A stretch of DNA of 63,516 nucleotides, the filler included, from Sphacelaria rigidula (Eukaryota): NCBI GenBank assembly GCA_964200075.2. It is 10 parts of 10 records of this genome, joined end to end, with 100 filler letters (N's around TTAATTAATTAA, not from the genome) between each part and the next. Parts side by side here need not be neighbours in the genome. Positions count along the whole stretch, not along the records: positions 57,256 to 63,516 come from CAXNAA020021167.1; 9 more parts are not named here. The stretch is one strand, 5' to 3'. The notes under the pieces are model-generated. The model worked only from the letters and a program-made list of their open reading frames with translations. It did no database searches and was not told the DNA's origin. Positions 62,201 to 63,516 of this stretch are shown one piece after another (the stretch's first letter is position 1; each line of letters begins with the position of its first letter). The position numbers and the translations under genes are program-made.

Positions 62201-63516
62201 TGTCATACGCTTATTTTCGGGTTTATCCAGTTTCTTCCAGCCGCTCGGGAGCATGGTGAAAGCGGATGTGGATCGGAACAACACAGGGGAAAAGAAGAAA
62301 AAACGCTGCAAGAAAAAAACGAGAACAAAAAAAATCCAAACGCGGTTAGGGAAGGGCTTGTGCGAATATGGTAAACCTAGCAAATGGGACAGAGGAAGTA
62401 CACGGTCAAGCAGAAGTCTACCCGTCTGCAAGTGTGAGCTCTTGAAACCAGAACGATGAAGAGTCACACCCGCACGCGACACGTGAGGATATACGGCAAG
62501 AACCACTCGTCACCGCTAGTTTTCTCATCTCAGGGGTGAGCTTGCGAAAATGGAAACGAGATGATGAGCATCCTTGACTGTTTTAATCCTGCTTTAGGGA
62601 ATAGCAGCGTTTGTCATTGGGGCAGGGTCACTATGCTCCGTGGCCACTTCTCTACTGACGGTACGGTACCGTCTGTTCAGACAGTGCCCTACCACCGCTA
62701 CACATCAATTGACTGTACGAATCAAGCTGCCTCATCGAGTGCTCGTAGCGCATAGAATTAGAGCAAGGATACTGAGCTAGCTCGCTGGGGACTCCTGCTG
62801 TCCAACTAGTGACGGTACGATGCTGTCTGTACAGACAGTGCTGGACGCCACTACATCTCATTCGGCTGTGCGAACGCAGCTGCCCCAGGGGGTGCTGACA
62901 GCGCTTCGAGCTGAAACAGGAGCACTAAACTAGCTTGGTGCGGGCTATTGCTGTCCTTCACACTGTACGGTATTGTCTATACAGACCGTGCCGTACGCCA
63001 CTACTGCGATGTTGCCTTGACACCCCTAGCTCCGTTTTTCTTTTTTTCCAAAAGTTCCCAACTAACGGCTTTTCAGGGATGACCTACAATTTCAAAGTGA
63101 GCCTTGGGGCTCAACTTTTCGAATATTTCATTCTTGAGTATCTCCTTTTTACACATCTCAGTATACGATGTTGTTCTGTTCCACCGTTTTCTGTTTCCCC
63201 TTCTCTTTATACAGCGAGTGTTTCAGTTTTGGTTCGTCTCGGGAAGGTACACCATGTGACAACGGTTGAGTCCCTGGGGGGTCGGTTAACCCTTAGACGA
63301 GGAGCGTCGCCTCCGAACAGTTAGTTGTACAGGCTGACAGTTCCGAGACATCCGGGGGTTTCCAGAGCTCGGGGGGGTGGTGTTGAGGGAGGGGGGGGTT
63401 GTACGCAGAGCACCGGAGAAGCTCACGGAGTCGACCATGTGTGTTTGGACGTTTCCCATGGAAAATTATGAGCCGTGCACGAGGCCCGAAAGGTGCGGGA
63501 TAACCATTCTGGCCAA

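Noticed and set aside
62650..63010. Three diverged ~155-bp repeats (gtacg...gtct...cagac...gtgc)
   Set aside because: Too degenerate to define boundaries or class.

Overview
Eukaryotic, intron- and repeat-rich DNA. The bipartite plastid-targeting peptide, GT-AG introns and repeat types suggest a photosynthetic stramenopile, most likely a brown alga (inference). The window is not one locus. It is ten contigs (six of 6262 bp, then four of 6261 bp) joined by identical 100-bp N44-TTAATTAATTAA-N44 spacers, so nothing can be inferred across a spacer. Three partial spliced genes can be reconstructed: a plastid-targeted FNR-like FAD/NAD(P) oxidoreductase that includes a 24-nt microexon, the 3' end of a coiled-coil protein, and a J-domain (DnaJ) protein with an N-terminal hydrophobic segment. 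The rest is largely repeats: a contig-long 163/164-bp satellite with A/B/C monomers, a ~275-bp satellite, inverted arrays of a ~237-bp repeat, a long degenerate gag-protease LTR retroelement, LINE fragments, tRNA-derived SINEs, and MITEs (hAT-like, piggyBac-like, Harbinger-like, foldback, and a GAC...GTC family with 4-bp TSDs). Two patterns are the most unusual: tRNA-like heads with inverted 5' duplications forming long palindromes centred on TCAGCGCT(G/A)A, and a LINE plus a short non-autonomous partner that share a 3' end and finish in poly(C) rather than poly(A).
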